A DNA stretch of 63,332 nucleotides, counting the filler, from Octopus bimaculoides (Eukaryota), in assembly GCF_001194135.2 (NCBI RefSeq). It is 4 parts of 4 records of this genome, joined end to end, with 100 filler letters (N's around TTAATTAATTAA, not from the genome) between each part and the next. Parts side by side here need not be neighbours in the genome. Positions count along the whole stretch, not along the records: positions 1 to 19,470 come from NC_068988.1; positions 19,571 to 51,422 come from NC_068983.1; 2 more parts are not named here. One strand, given 5' to 3'. The position numbers and the translations under genes were made by a program. Below, piece after piece: positions 12,131-26,074 of the stretch. The notes beneath the pieces were generated by a model. The model was not told the DNA's origin, made no database searches, and saw only the letters and a program-made list of their open reading frames with translations. How positions within the stretch are numbered: position 1 is the first letter of the stretch; the number at the start of each line of letters is the position of its first letter.

Positions 12131-12960
12131 ATGTGTGTGTGTGTGCGTGTGTGTGCGTGTGTGTGTGTGTGTGTGAATATATATGTATATACACACATAT
12201 ATATATATATAAATATATAGATATAGATATAGATATACACACACATACATAAGTGTATATATACGTGTATACGTGTGTGTGCGTGTGCAAATATATATTT
12301 ATGTATATGTGTGCGTGCGTGTGTGTATCGACGTATATATATATATATATATTTACGTAGATATATGCATATCCTTCCATGTGCGTATCTCTGTATTTTA
12401 TACACGCACGCACGCGCGTGAACACTCGTACAAAATGCTCCAGTATGACTGACTGCAATAAGCATACGGTAAATGCGCCAGGCGACCCGATGGCGGCATA
12501 TCTGCATATCGTTTCTCGTCCGAGATAATCTGATTTTCCCATCACATTCCTATAAAACACCGAACAGGATCAAACAGATTAAAGAGATTCAGTGAATAGC
12601 CTTTTTTACATTCTTACATAAATACCTACATCCTATCACATCCTCCATAACCGGAAGTGACGACACAACAAAGGTATCTCAAAGCTTTTGATACCATTCG
12701 TCGATAAATTCATAGACATGTCGCTTCTGTCATCCTGTATTTGTTCTTCTTAAACAATCGAAATGACAACTTCGTTTTTTAAGTCAGACGCTAACGGCAA
12801 TCTAGTATCTGTCACTCAAGTGGTGGTGGTGGTGGGGACGTTAGTGGCGGTCGTGGTGTCGATGGTGTTGGTGGAGGTCATGGTCGTGGTGGTGGCGTTG
12901 GTGGTGGTGATGTTGGTATTGGTGCTATAGTAGTAAGCTATCATTATTACATATAGCCAT

Positions 12961-13312
12961 AAGGCGGCGAGCTGGCAGAAACGTTAATATGTCGGGCGAA
13001 ATGCTTAGCGGTATTTCGTCTACCATTACGTTCTGAGTTCAAATTCCGCCGAGGTCGACCTTGCTTTTCATCCTTTCGGGGTCGAAAAATTAAGTACCAG
13101 TTACGCACTGGGGTCGATGTAATCGACTTAATCCCTTTGTCTGTCTTTGTTTGTCCCCTCTATATTTATCCCCTTGTGGGCAATAAAGAAATAGGTATTT
13201 CGTCTGTCTGTACGTTCTGAGTTCAGATTCCGCCGAAGTCAACTTTACCTCTCATCCATTCAAGATCAATAAATTAAGTACCACTTACTCACAGGGGCCG
13301 ATGTAATCGACT
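12961..13312 (+). mobile_element. SINE family A, dimeric form
   Basis: aaggcggcgagctggcagaaacgtta ... gggcaataaagaaata, then ggtatttcgtctg...ttctgagttcagattcc (second monomer). Confidence 0.9.
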
Positions 13313-14091
13313 AGCACTGAAATCAATATTATCAACTTACCCCTTTCCCTCTAAATCGCTGGCTTTATACCAAAGTTAGAAAGAAATATGACGCAAATTA
13401 TGCCACAAGGGTCAAAACTATTGAAAAAGGTTGCAAGACGCAACGAAAATTTTAGAAAAATAAAAAAGTAATAAGTGGAAATTTTACCGGTGAGTGTTAA
13501 ATTACCAGGCACCAAAAGAGAATGACTCTCCCCAGACACAACAGAATCTGCTACAAGGATTTCGATATAAACATAACTCGCTTAAAGGCATAACACGTAT
13601 GCCTTTAACAATACATATAACATAACTAAAAAGCTTGCAATACATCCAATGACAGATTTTAGTTACAAAAGAAGAGGGCACCTTGAAGGGCTTCATTACT
13701 AATGGCCCCTTGGAATAAGATGTTCAGATTGCAGACACGAACATGTTTTAATGAATGCATGCATAGCTGATAGCTATAAATAGAAAAGGGATTCAGCAAA
13801 AAGACGTTGGGAGAAAACAAAAATGAAAATAAAGAAAGCAAGAAAAATAGGGGGCTAAACGAAGTTATTACATTCACGTCATGCAGTAACTTTATACTTG
13901 CCGTCTTAATCAACCCTTTTCTCCGCCATTCATTGTCAAGCATATAAGACAATTGCCGTTGAAGAATAGGGGTGTTGTAAGAAATAATAATCGGGTGATG
14001 TGCCGAATATCTCCTCACATAACAAAGCTATAATTTCTCATGTAAAATTATACCCGGCCTATGAATAAATGAATAATAATAATGATAATAA

Positions 14092-14310
14092 TCCTTTTTA
14101 CCTATAGGCACAAGGTCTGAAATTTTGGGGGAGGGAGCTAGTTAATTACATCGACCCCAATGCGTAGCTGGTAATTATTTTATCGACCACGAAAAGATAA
14201 TAAGGCAAGATCAGCCTCAGCAGAATTTGAACTCAGAATGTAAAACCGGACCAAATGCCACTAAGCATTTCGCCCGGCGTGCTAAAGATTCGGCCATCCC
14301 ACCGCCCTAA
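14092..14310 (-). mobile_element. SINE family A monomer; its (ATT)n tail reads as (AAT)n at ~14074-14092
   Basis: Reverse complement of the family-A head, body and tail. Confidence 0.85.
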
Positions 14311-14409
14311 CAAATGCTGCTAAACATTTCACCCGGGGTGTTAACGAATCTTCCAGTTGTAAGCCTTAAATATCGTTGTATATTGATTGCTCAAGTAATA
14401 GGGAAACAT

Positions 14410-14895
14410 TACTGGCCCTCCGTCGGTTGCATCGACCAGGGTTCCAGTTGATTCGATCAACGGAACAGCCAACCAGTGAAATTAACGTGTAAGTGGCTGA
14501 GCACTCCACAGATACGCGCACCCTTAATGTAATTCTGATGGAGATTCAACGGGACACAGAATGTGACAAAGCTGGCCCTTTGCAATACAGGTACTACTCA
14601 TTTTTGCCAGCTGAGTGGACTAGAGTAACTAACATGTTTGGCGATAGGAAGAGCATCCGGCTGTAATACTACCTGGCATTCTGTCGGTAATGTCGACGAG
14701 GATTCCAATTGATCCGTTCAACAGAACAGCCTACTCATGAAATTAACGTACAAGTGGCTGAGTACTCCACAGGTGAGTACGCCAGGTGAGTGAAATAAAA
14801 TGTCTTGTTCAAAAGCACAAACCGCCGCCAGGAATCGAACCGACGACCTCCCGCTTGCGAGCCGAATGCCCTAACCACTAAGCCACGCTCCTTCA
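14410..14895 (-). mobile_element. two SINE family C copies in tandem (14410-14615 and 14665-14895)
   Basis: The minus-strand head gaaggagcgtggcttagtggttagggcattcggctcgcaagcgggaggtcgtcggttcgattcctggc is tRNA-like with A and B boxes. The body matches 2921-3275. Confidence 0.8.
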
Positions 14896-15339
14896 CAAGG
14901 AAACAATTAACTCCATAATAGAATTAGGCAGCACGATCAGCCATTCGTTAAGGACGACATGCTTTAATGTTTGTTTGTGATGTTGTTGACGTTTCCTTCT
15001 TTTTATGTTAATTAGTTTAACCCCCCCCCCCCACGACCACCACCACCAGTTCGGTCCTGAACATGAATATCTATGATCAAAGGCATATCAACCATGATCG
15101 ATCTAATCACTTTTTTGTGGANNNNNNNNNNNNNNNNNNNGGGGGGGGGGGGGGGGAATACATTGCTCTGTAGAGCACTCTTTTGTTTTTTATGTGACTT
15201 TAGTGTGTGATTTCAAAGAGATTTTTACTGCTAATTCTAGCAGTTTGAGCCATCATATAGAGGATCTTCTCCGATTGCTTACTGCCTTACAATTGATTTG
15301 ATGTTCACACTAAACACGATGGATGCCATTGGCTTACGC

Positions 15340-15970
15340 ACATGTATACATACATACATGTATACATACATACATACATACATACATACATACATACATA
15401 CATTTATACATACATACATAAATGCACACATACAGACATACATTTATATATACATACATACATACATACATTCATGCATGCATACATACATTTATACATA
15501 CATACATACATACATTTATACATACATACATACATACATAAATGCATACATACAAATATACATAGATACATACATATATACATAAATGCATACATACATA
15601 CATACATACATTTATACATACATACATGTATACATGCATACATACATGCATACATGCATACATACATAAGTGCACACATGCAGGCATACATATATACATA
15701 CATACATAAATGCTTACATGCATACAGACAGACATACATACATATGTACACACACACAGGCATGCATATATACATGCATGCGTGCACGAATACATACATA
15801 CATACATACCCTGTTGTTGATGTTGAAATTCCAATGAAGGAGACTTGGATCTGGGTTAGAAACCGGTTCTTTCTCTATTGGCAAGAAATCGTGAAATAAA
15901 ATTGAACAATGACATACACACACATACATACATACATACATACATGCACATAAACATACATACATACTCA
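15340..15970. repeat. (CATA)n microsatellite array interrupted by a ~120 bp unique insert at 15790-15912
   Basis: Directly visible. Confidence 0.9.
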
Positions 15971-16352
15971 CTGAAACTAGTAAAAGAATATAAGAAAAGA
16001 AAAGAATAAAATAATACCAAATTAAGAAAACAAAACAGATAAAAATATTTGAATGCAAACTTTTAAAAGTTGCATGGTTCTTACTTATATTGATTAATTT
16101 TTTTTTAAAGCTATCGAGCTTTTGCAGTAGAACAACAATCGCTTTCATAAAAATACGCCATATTCCTCCTACCAACACCTCTGATGATTGCCGAGTTTTT
16201 TGTTCCCCAAGTTTCGTGTGGGAAACCGATTGTTTAAATCGCTTGAAATGAATCTATGATATGATATATTGTATCAATATTAATATATACCTACTCAATT
16301 GATAAATTCACAAGTGCTTATTTTTCTTCTGACTCATAGATTCTTAGGCAAC

Positions 16353-16399
<47 letters not shown>

Positions 16400-16814
16400 T
16401 GTGTGTGTGTGTGTGTGTATGAGTGTGTGTGTGAGAGAGTACGTATGTATATATAAAGTGTATATATATATATAATACAAAGAATATATATNNNNNNNNN
16501 NNNNNNNNNNNNNNNNNNNNNNNNNNNNNNNNNNNNNNNNNNNNNNNNNNNNNNNNNNNNNNNNNNNNNNNNNNNNNNNNNNNNNNNNNNNNNNNNNNNN
16601 NNNNNNNNNNNNNNNNNNNNNNNNNNNNNNNNNNNNNNNNNNNNNNNNNNNNNNNNNNNNNNNNNNNNNNNNNNNNNNNNNNNNNNNNNNNNNNNNNNNN
16701 NNNNNNNNNNNNNNNNNNNNNNNNNNNNNNNNNNNNNNNNNNNNNNNNNNNNNNNNNNNNNNNNNNNNNNNNNNNNNNNNNNNNNNNNNNNNNNNNNNNN
16801 NNNNNNNNNNNNNN

Positions 16815-16866
<52 letters not shown>

Positions 16867-17021
16867 TTAAATATATATATATACATACATATATATATAC
16901 ATATATATATACACATATACATACATACGTACATACATATATATATTTATAAATATACATACATGTATATATATACAGTATATATATATATTATATATAT
17001 AGAGTATATATATATACACAC

Positions 17022-17078
<57 letters not shown>

Positions 17079-17529
17079 TTCTATAGAGCGGCCCTCGAGG
17101 GGATTAATGGGAAACAAAACCGACTCGCTCCAACGAGATGAGAGATTGTTATTGAGAAAAACGTCAAAGGACGACAGAGCGACCGAAATACCGCAAGGCA
17201 TTTCTGTCTTCATGTTTGAGACCCTTCAACTGATTCAGGCATAATGCCACCATCATCACCAGCATCACCAGCATCACCACTACCACCGCCGCCATCGATG
17301 GTGGCGGGGTGAGTTGATGTCTCCAAATATTTTCTTCAGGGCGATATCAATAACACACACACACACACACAAGCGCATACACCAACACATACACAAACAC
17401 ATACACGCACACACACACATGCACGCATGCATGTACGCACATATACACACTACTCGTTACAAGCCAACATCCATCCAGCTCAGACTTACCTCCCACCCCA
17501 CCTCACACACACCATCATATAGACATTCG

Positions 17530-18280
17530 CCTCTCCCTCTCTCCTACTCCCCCCTCCTTGATCTTTTTGCCTCCCTCGTCCATTCCTGCCTTCTCTCTCT
17601 CTCTCCTTCTCTCTCATTCACTCTCCCTTCCCTCCCATCTTATTCTCCTTACCTCTTATTCACCCCTGTCTCTTTTTCTCTCTCTCACTACATCCCTCCC
17701 ACCCCTTCGTTTCCCTCTCTTTCTCCTTCCCTCTGCTCTTCTTCCCCTCCCTATCTCTTTCGCCCTCTCCACCTCTTTCTCCTCCTGCCCCTCTTTCTTC
17801 TCCCCTCCTCATACACCACCCTCCTCCTCCTGCCTCCATCAGGCAACGATACTTCCATTCCAGACATTAACACACTGACACACAACTCCCACCACCGCCA
17901 CCACCACCACCACGTTCACCTCCACCTCTAATTATCACTTCTCCTCTACCTTTCCCTCTCTCCTATTCGTCTACATCACTCTCAGTCACTCTCCGTCTTT
18001 CTCTCTACCAGTCTGTCTATTTCTCCCTCTTCCTCTCTCCATCTCTCTCTCTCTATCCCTCATACTGCCACTCCCACTCTCTATTACCTCTACTTTCTCT
18101 CTCTTCCTCTCATTTCCTTCTGTTACTTTCCAACTTCTTCCCCGTCTTCTTTACTCTTTATTTTTCTTCCCCCGCTCCTTTCTTCTTTTCTTTCTTTCTT
18201 TCTTTCCATTTCTCTTACTCTTCCCCTTTCACTCATATTTCTTCCTTACCATTTCTCTTTTTATTTCCTTCACATTTTCT
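17530..18280. repeat. ~750 bp polypyrimidine (CT-rich) low-complexity tract
   Basis: The plus strand is very strongly C/T-biased over the interval. Confidence 0.85.
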
Positions 18281-18315
18281 TCAGGGCGATATCAACACTC
18301 ACACACACACACACA

Positions 18316-18353
<38 letters not shown>

Positions 18354-18458
18354 AAACACAAATACACGCAAACACACACACGCATGCATGCATGTACGCA
18401 CATACACACACTGCCCTATCATTCTCTCTCTCTATCTCCTAATCTCTCTCTGTTTCTA

Positions 18459-18491
<33 letters not shown>

Positions 18492-18493
18492 AG

Positions 18494-18537
<44 letters not shown>

Positions 18538-18635
18538 TTGTGTATGTGTGTGTGTATCTATATATAAATATATATCTATATTCACATATCTATCTATATA
18601 TGTGTGTATGCGTGTATGTATGTCTATCAATATAG

Positions 18636-18672
<37 letters not shown>

Positions 18673-19204
18673 CTTTCTATCTACCTCCTGTTTGTCCTCT
18701 ATCCTCTCCGTCTCCACATTGCTTCATGCCATCGCCCCGCCACCACCACCACCACCACCACCACCACCGCTACCCTAACTTCCACACAAACCATACAAAT
18801 TTTCTCACGCGACGNNNNNNNNNNNNNNNNNNNNNNNNNNNNNNNNNNNNNNNNNNNNNNNNNNNNNNNNNNNNNNNNNNNNNNNNNNNNNNNNNNNNNN
18901 NNNNNNNNNNNNNNNNNNNNNNNNNNNNNNNNNNNNNNNNNNNNNNNNNNNNNNNNNNNNNNNNNNNNNNNNNNNNNNNNNNNNNNNNNNNNNNNNNNNN
19001 NNNNNNNNNNNNNNNNNNNNNNNNNNNNNNNNNNNNNNNNNNNNNNNNNNNNNNNNNNNNNNNNNNNNNNNNNNNNNNNNNNNNNNNNNNNNNNNNNNNN
19101 NNNNNNNNNNNNNNNNNNNNNNNNNNNNNNNNATCTGTCCTTTTCTGTATATGTGCACACAAGCACACACACACACACCACACACACACACAAACATATA
19201 CATA

Positions 19205-19765
19205 TATATGACGGGCTTCTTTCAGTTTCCGTCTACCAAATTCACTCACAAGGATTTGGTCGGGCGAGGCTATAGTAGATGACGCTTGCCCAAGATGCCA
19301 CGCAGTGGGACTGAACCCGGGACCACTCCTGCATTATATATATACTTATATATATATATATATATATATATTCATACAGGCCTGGCTGTGTGGTAAGAAA
19401 TTTGCTTACCAACTACATAGTTCCGAGTTCAGTTTTACTGCGTGGCGCACCTTGGGGAAATGTTTTCTACNNNNNNNNNNNNNNNNNNNNNNNNNNNNNN
19501 NNNNNNNNNNNNNNTTAATTAATTAANNNNNNNNNNNNNNNNNNNNNNNNNNNNNNNNNNNNNNNNNNNNTGTGGCAGCTGATGAAGGAGATGTTTCTAT
19601 GTGGCTTGCTTGTTTGTTGCACCTTGTTTATCATTTTGGCCATGTTCTTTTGCCACGTCATGTACCCAGTTATGTATCTATATGTACATGTAGATGAAGG
19701 TATGTACATGTAGATGAAGGTATGTACATACATGTACATATATATGCATATACTCATATATTGTT

Positions 19766-19797
<32 letters not shown>

Positions 19798-20030
19798 TAT
19801 ATTCTGCAGGAGTGGTTGTGTGGTAAGTAGCTTGCTTACCAACCATAGGACTCTGGGTTCAGTCTCACTGTGTGGCACCTTAGGCAAGTGTTTCTCCTAT
19901 AGCCTCGGGCCGACCAAATCCTTGTTAGTGGATTTCGTAGACGGAAACTGAAAGACGCTCGTCGTATATATGTGTGTATGTGTGTGTGTGTGTGTGTGTG
20001 TGTTTGTCCCCACCATCGCTAGACAACCGA
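19205..20030. mobile_element. cluster of SINE family B pieces (19205-19325 minus; 19375-19470 plus; 19808-20030 plus)
   Basis: Each matches the ggagtggctgtgtggtaag...ggcaagtg...ggaaactgaaagaagcccgtcgt pattern. Confidence 0.8.
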
Positions 20031-20327
20031 TGTGTGTATGTATGTATGTATATATGTCCTAGTTATGACATAAGACTGCATCCAGTGGTGAGCCTCCAGT
20101 TCACGATTTGGGGGGATTTGGAGTCGTGAGGAGGATGAAGTAACTCCCTAATTACCATTGCTCTCAGGTCCATTCTACCTCGGAACGGGAGTATCAGTCA
20201 GGGTCCCATGTATGGAATTAAAAAGATTTCACAAGGGTAGAGGAGGCTCCCGTTATTTTTTACTTAACCTTAGAGACGGCAGCTCTTCTACGAGAAAGTT
20301 ACTCTGATATAAAACCTGTAGTCGAAA

Positions 20328-21216
20328 TATTGGGTCATCGCATAAATAATGTTTTTTTCAATTTCATGAACTAAAAGTCGGAGGAGGTTGGGATAAACTA
20401 CCTGTATCAACTTGCTGTAGAAGCAGGTAGTAATTTTGCCTTCTCCTTATTCTTTGTGCATGTTTTAAAGAGCATAGTTCGGTTTTAACAGTTATTTTTT
20501 TAAAGCTATAATGGAAGTAACAAAATACCATATTCGGCATATTTTGCTTTATGAGTCCAATAAAGGCACCAATGCAACGGAAAGTGTGAGAAATATTAAT
20601 GCAGCATATGGGGATTGGGCAATAAGCATAAGCCAGTGTCAACGGTGGTTCCAGAAATTTCAAGCTGAAAACTACATCCTAGAAGACGAGTCTCGTCCTG
20701 GAAGATCTGTAGAGTTCGACGAGGATGTCCTGCAAACTCCAGTGGAAAACAATCCCATCGTAACTGTTGAAAAACTAGCAGAGAAGCTTGGATTGGTCAT
20801 TCAATCATTCTTCAACACGTGCGTGCCATCGGAAAACGATCGGCTTTGGTTTAAAGACGAAAGTTGTTCGTCCATCAGGATAATGCTCAGCCACATACAA
20901 CGAGGATGACATTCCAAAGGGTAGAGCAGTTTGAATGGGAAAAGATGTCCCATCCATCATATTCGCCAGACAATACCCCCATCTGATTATCATTTATTCC
21001 GCAGTCTTCAAAATCATTTGGACAGAACAGTACTGGATTGGTATTTTTCGTAAGGGCCAAGTGAATTTTGGCAGAGAGGCCTTGCCACTCCACCAGATAG
21101 ATGGAAGTGCATTGTAGAAAATAAGGAGAGTATATTTTAGATGAAAAAATAATTTTTAATCATAATTTTGAAAAATAAAAGTTTTACGAAACCGTCTTAT
21201 TTATGGGATGACGTAA
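20328..21216 (+). mobile_element. mariner (Tc1/mariner) element, internally deleted, non-functional
   Basis: ORF 20511: MEVTKYHIRHILLYESNKGTNATESVRNIN...QRWFQKF...LEDESRPGR (HTH region). Downstream frames give HQDNAQPHT and HPSYSPDNTPSDYHLFRSLQNHL. Inverted termini tattgggtcatcgcataaataa (20328) and ttatttatgggatgacgtaa (21197-21216). Confidence 0.9.
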
Positions 21217-24200
21217 GAGTAAAAGGTGAAAAATTCATCCGATCGTGGTGAGGAGAAACCAGATTCTCTGACATAAATCTTGCATTAAAGTACTGCCAGT
21301 CATCTTGCAATTTTTGTCATTAGAAATTTCTGTGGCAACCAAGAGAGTGGTAAAGTGTGGTACAATCTTTTGTCAATGACGTACAGATGTCATACTATCA
21401 TTTCGCATGTGACACGGCTATCGTCTGACGAAACGGAGCGATCATTATCATGTACACACGGAAACACACACAGATACACACACGCACACACACACACATA
21501 CACACACACACAAACACTCACACAAACACACGCACACACACATGCACACTCACACATACATTAATACAGGTATGTACTTACCTATGTTTCTGTTTTATCA
21601 CGTCTGGTGTGTATTGGTGCCTATCTCTGTATTTCTGCGCGTCACTTTATGAGTGTTACATCACTTAATGCTGCTCTGTTATTTAAGAAACAACGTATTC
21701 GCAAAATATCTCGCACGGCATTATACGACTATACATGTATTTCCGCATTTGGAAACGGATCATGCTTTCTTTACAGTTTATTCATTTCCTTTGAAACTGA
21801 ACAATTTCCTTTTCTCAGGGTTCGTTATAAGAGTTGCTTGGTTTTATGCTTATCCAAAATGCTTCAATATCATTATTTCTGATCTTTTTCTTTTGCTATT
21901 TAGTTTTGGTGCTGTTAGTATTCTTGTTGTTTATCTTTTATGTTTGTGTACTTCTCACTGTGAAATTATATTTTATAACTGTTGTTCGTATGTGTTTTTA
22001 TACTGTGCTCAGTTTAATACCTTCGTTTACGGAAGTAAATACCGCACAATGCATTTGTATAAATCAGAAAGAGGAAAACGAAGCTAAAAGATTATAATAT
22101 CAACACACATTAAGGATTCATACTTCGTTTCTTCTAAAATGAACTCACACTTCTATCTTTCTATCTCTCTTCCTTTTCTTTCTTTCTGCTTGTCTTTCTT
22201 CCTTTTATATATTCTTTTATATATTCTCTTTATACATCCTCTCTCTTTCACTATAACTCTGCTGCATTCTTCCCTTATTTCTTCACTTACAGACTCATCG
22301 CATTTCTTTTTCTCTCTTTATTTCATTTTTGCCTTATACTTTGTTTCTTCACTATCAAATAGGTGTTATAATATGGAGATAGCATTGAAAATTGTGACGA
22401 TGATCGTTGCTAGAACTCATGTTACCAACTACTGGTTAATTCTACTACAAATGTGCTGATGATTTCGTTGGTAATGACGCTGACGCTAGTGCTAGTGCTG
22501 GTACTGGCGTTTGTGGAAAAGATGGCATTTACGATGGTACCAAGCCTTCCTACTAACAATGTTAGTAGGAAGGCTTGGTACCCTCATAAACACAATACGC
22601 CGGTATGTATGCATTTGAATATACATGTTACATACATACATACACACACGCATGCCGGCACATATATGTGTGTTTATGTATATATGATTGTATAGTGTTG
22701 ATAGTTAGGGTAAATCCCGTTTTATGAATTTCTAAATAGAATTTCTGTACAGGTCTATCTAACATGCACATTTTTGTACTTTCAATTAGCAAATGAAACA
22801 CGTTTAATGGTGAATACATAAGAATATCAAAATTTCTTCAATGTCATTCAACAGAGCTCTTTGTATCTCCTCGAATCAGTCACTAAAATTTGTTTCTATT
22901 ATTATCAATCTGATAGAACCATTAAATCATCTGATGGAATGTGCTGTGGTATCTTTTCCAGCTCTGTACATTCTGATTTTGAGTTTCAATACCACTTACG
23001 GTTAGTGCAATTTTCAGACGTCCACAAAGGATAAAAAAAAAAGGGCCACTCATATGCTGTCGTCGTTGGTATCGATTAAAGTCACGCCCCTCAAAATCGC
23101 TGGTTTTGTACCTAAATCATAAACATTCATTTTTAAAAACTATTCTATTTTACTTCCAAGACGATCAATTAACAAAATCCTTTTTTTTTTCGAAATATTT
23201 CTTGTACTATTTATTCCAACAAACTACCATCTGACTTGAAATACTGCCGAAGTCTTTCGTCTTTCGGCTGAAAAACTACCAGGAGTGGAGTCGATTCTTC
23301 TCTTTCGTACTTGATTAAATCTGCAATTCAATTCCAATCTTGGAAATTGCGTCACGCCGTTACGGCCTGCTGCTTATGTCAAGAGAACACATATTTTTCG
23401 AATATTCAGCCGCTTGCACATTAAATTCACGAGTGGTAATTCATTTTGTTAAAATAACTAGATGATTGCTCATCGTCGATGAAGACGAAGTCTACACCAA
23501 CACTTTTCATCATTACAATATAATTGGCCAGTCAATTAGACCTAACGAAAGAGCCTATACTACTAATATCCAATACATTCAAGTGTCCTGTGTAGGTAAG
23601 ATATTTTTGGCCGAGATATAAGTCCAAGAACCAAATTATAAAGTTCCTGTAAATTATTATCTACATGATATTCCACTAATGACAAACGTAGCGAAGTGCT
23701 CTAGATTGGTCTGAGTGTTGTCACAAGAAATTAGTCAATGAATCATATTATGAATTATCTCTTAAGATTTTAATGTATATGATTGACATTTACTATATTA
23801 GTCATTAGTGGAATAGTTTGTCCTAACCTTAAGTAGTTCACTAATTATTTTGTAGATATAGTGAAGTTAAAATAGCGGAAAGAAATTATAGTTTCTAGTT
23901 TAAGAAAATGGAGATTCAAATGGTCTGCAGTATAATAGTTCTTGCAGTTACCCCGTAAGTGATAGAGGTCTGAATCGAATCTCATACATTGTATAATTTA
24001 ATCGCTTCTGTCTCAATCTCAAATATAAAAATCGAGTCATTTCGCATCACATGACACAGAAAACGAGATGTCAAAAGCAAGTTTTCTTTTGTCTTTATCG
24101 TCTTTTAATATCAAGTCTTAGAAGAAGTGGAAATGCCCAAAAGTTTTATTGGCTGAAACAAACAGCTGTGTTTGTGTGAATGCGTAGGGGTTGGGGATTA

Positions 24201-24394
24201 GGTGGCAAAACAGTAATTCAGGTCAAGTATTTTTGACAACAGTGAAAAATACATTTTTATTTATTTGTTTATTTACTTATCTATTGTGTTAGCCTAGTTA
24301 CTTTTTGGTGTACTTGATTATGATCGGAAATATCAACCTATAAGAGCTAAGATTTCTCAGGCGACGAAAAAGACCGACTTAATTAGATTGTACA

Positions 24395-24550
24395 GGCATG
24401 GCTGTGTGATAAAAAAGCTTGCTTCACAACCACATGGTTCAGGGTTCAGTCCCACTGCGTAGCACCTCGTGCAAGTGTCTTCTGCTATAGCTTCGGGCCG
24501 ACAAAAGCATTGTAAGTGGATTTGATAGACGGAAACTGAGAGAAGCCCAT
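24395..24550 (+). mobile_element. SINE family B 5' half, followed by (TA)n, (AG/AGAC)n and (TG)n
   Basis: ggcatggctgtgtgataaaaaagcttgcttcacaaccacatggttcagggttcagtcccac. Confidence 0.85.
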
Positions 24551-24696
24551 CATAAATATATATATATATATATATATTTGCGTGTGTGTATGAGCGTGAG
24601 AGAGAGAGAGAGAGAGACAGAGACAGAGAGAGACAGAGACAGAGAGAGACAGAGACAGACAGAGACAGAGACAGAGAGAGACAGAGACAGAGAGAG

Positions 24697-24755
<59 letters not shown>

Positions 24756-25065
24756 CAGTGCTTATTTTTGTGTTCTAAAGAAGGGCTTCTTTTCAAAAGT
24801 TCAAAACAGATAAAAAGTCTATATACATAAATGTATGCGTGTGTATGTGTGCGCGTATATGTGTGTGTTCATGTGCACGTGTGTGCGTGTGCACGCGCAA
24901 GTACGTGTATACATACAGACATTGAAGAATTTGTATACACAGACGTATATGCATGCACTTGCACGCACGTGCTTAAACACAGATACAAGAACAAAAGACC
25001 GAATATATATGCATATCAATATTAGGCATATATATACACAATCGTGAATGAATATAGACGCATGT

Positions 25066-25110
<45 letters not shown>

Positions 25111-26020
25111 NNNNNNNNNNNNNNNNNNNNNNNNNNNNNNNNNNNNNNNNNNNNNNNNNNNNNNNNNNNNNNNNNNNNNNNNNNNNNNNNNNNNNNNNNN
25201 NNNNNNNNNNNNNNNNNNNNNNNNNNNNNNNNNNNNNNNNNNNNNNNNNNNNNNNNNNNNNNNNNNNNNNNNNNNNNNNNNNNNNNNNNNNNNNNNNNNN
25301 NNNNNNNNNNNNNNNNNNNNNNNNNNNNNNNNNNNNNNNNNNNNNNNNNNNNNNNATATATATTATATGTGTGTATATACATATATTTATACATATCTAT
25401 AGATAGATAGATAGATAGATAGATATGCACACATGCAAATTCCTCTTTATAATCCAATAAAATACACTTGACATACATCACTATCTTTACATGATATCCT
25501 TCACATGCATGAACATACGAATCATTACTTGCCATCTTCTTGAATCAACAAAGTAGGAAATAAATAAATAAATAAATAAGTAAATAGAAAGATAAATAAA
25601 TGAATATGATATATATATGCAAAATACCATTATCCTGCCAAATCAGTTATCTAGCTAATATTTTTCCCTACGAATAACTGACCTTGATCTGTTTATCAGG
25701 ATCAATAATTGCGGCAATCAGAATAGAGTAACCAATCTTATTCAGTCACTTACTCAAAAACCCCACACCTATTTTTTTTTTTTTAACTTGTAGGTCAGGA
25801 AGTAGAATGGAAATGGAATTGGTGGAATCTTTGTACGTAAAGGGCATTGAATGACATTTCCAGTAAACTGAACATATTTCGGGTTTAGCCTACTTATTCT
25901 TCTTACCTGGCAGTCAATACGTGCTCAAACGATTTGCTTGTGTGTATATGCGTGCGTGTGTGTGTGTGTGTATGTATGTATATGTATGTTTATATATGTA
26001 TATAAATATATATATATATG

Positions 26021-26074
<54 letters not shown>

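Noticed and set aside
14820-14895. tRNA gene
   Set aside because: The tRNA-like A/B boxes are the head of a SINE C copy and continue into the SINE body; no complete acceptor stem was seen.
19515-19526. TTAATTAATTAA islands inside N runs (also 51467-51478 and 56558-56569)
   Set aside because: An identical 12-mer with stops in all six frames, centred in padding Ns. This is an assembly/scaffolding spacer, not biology.
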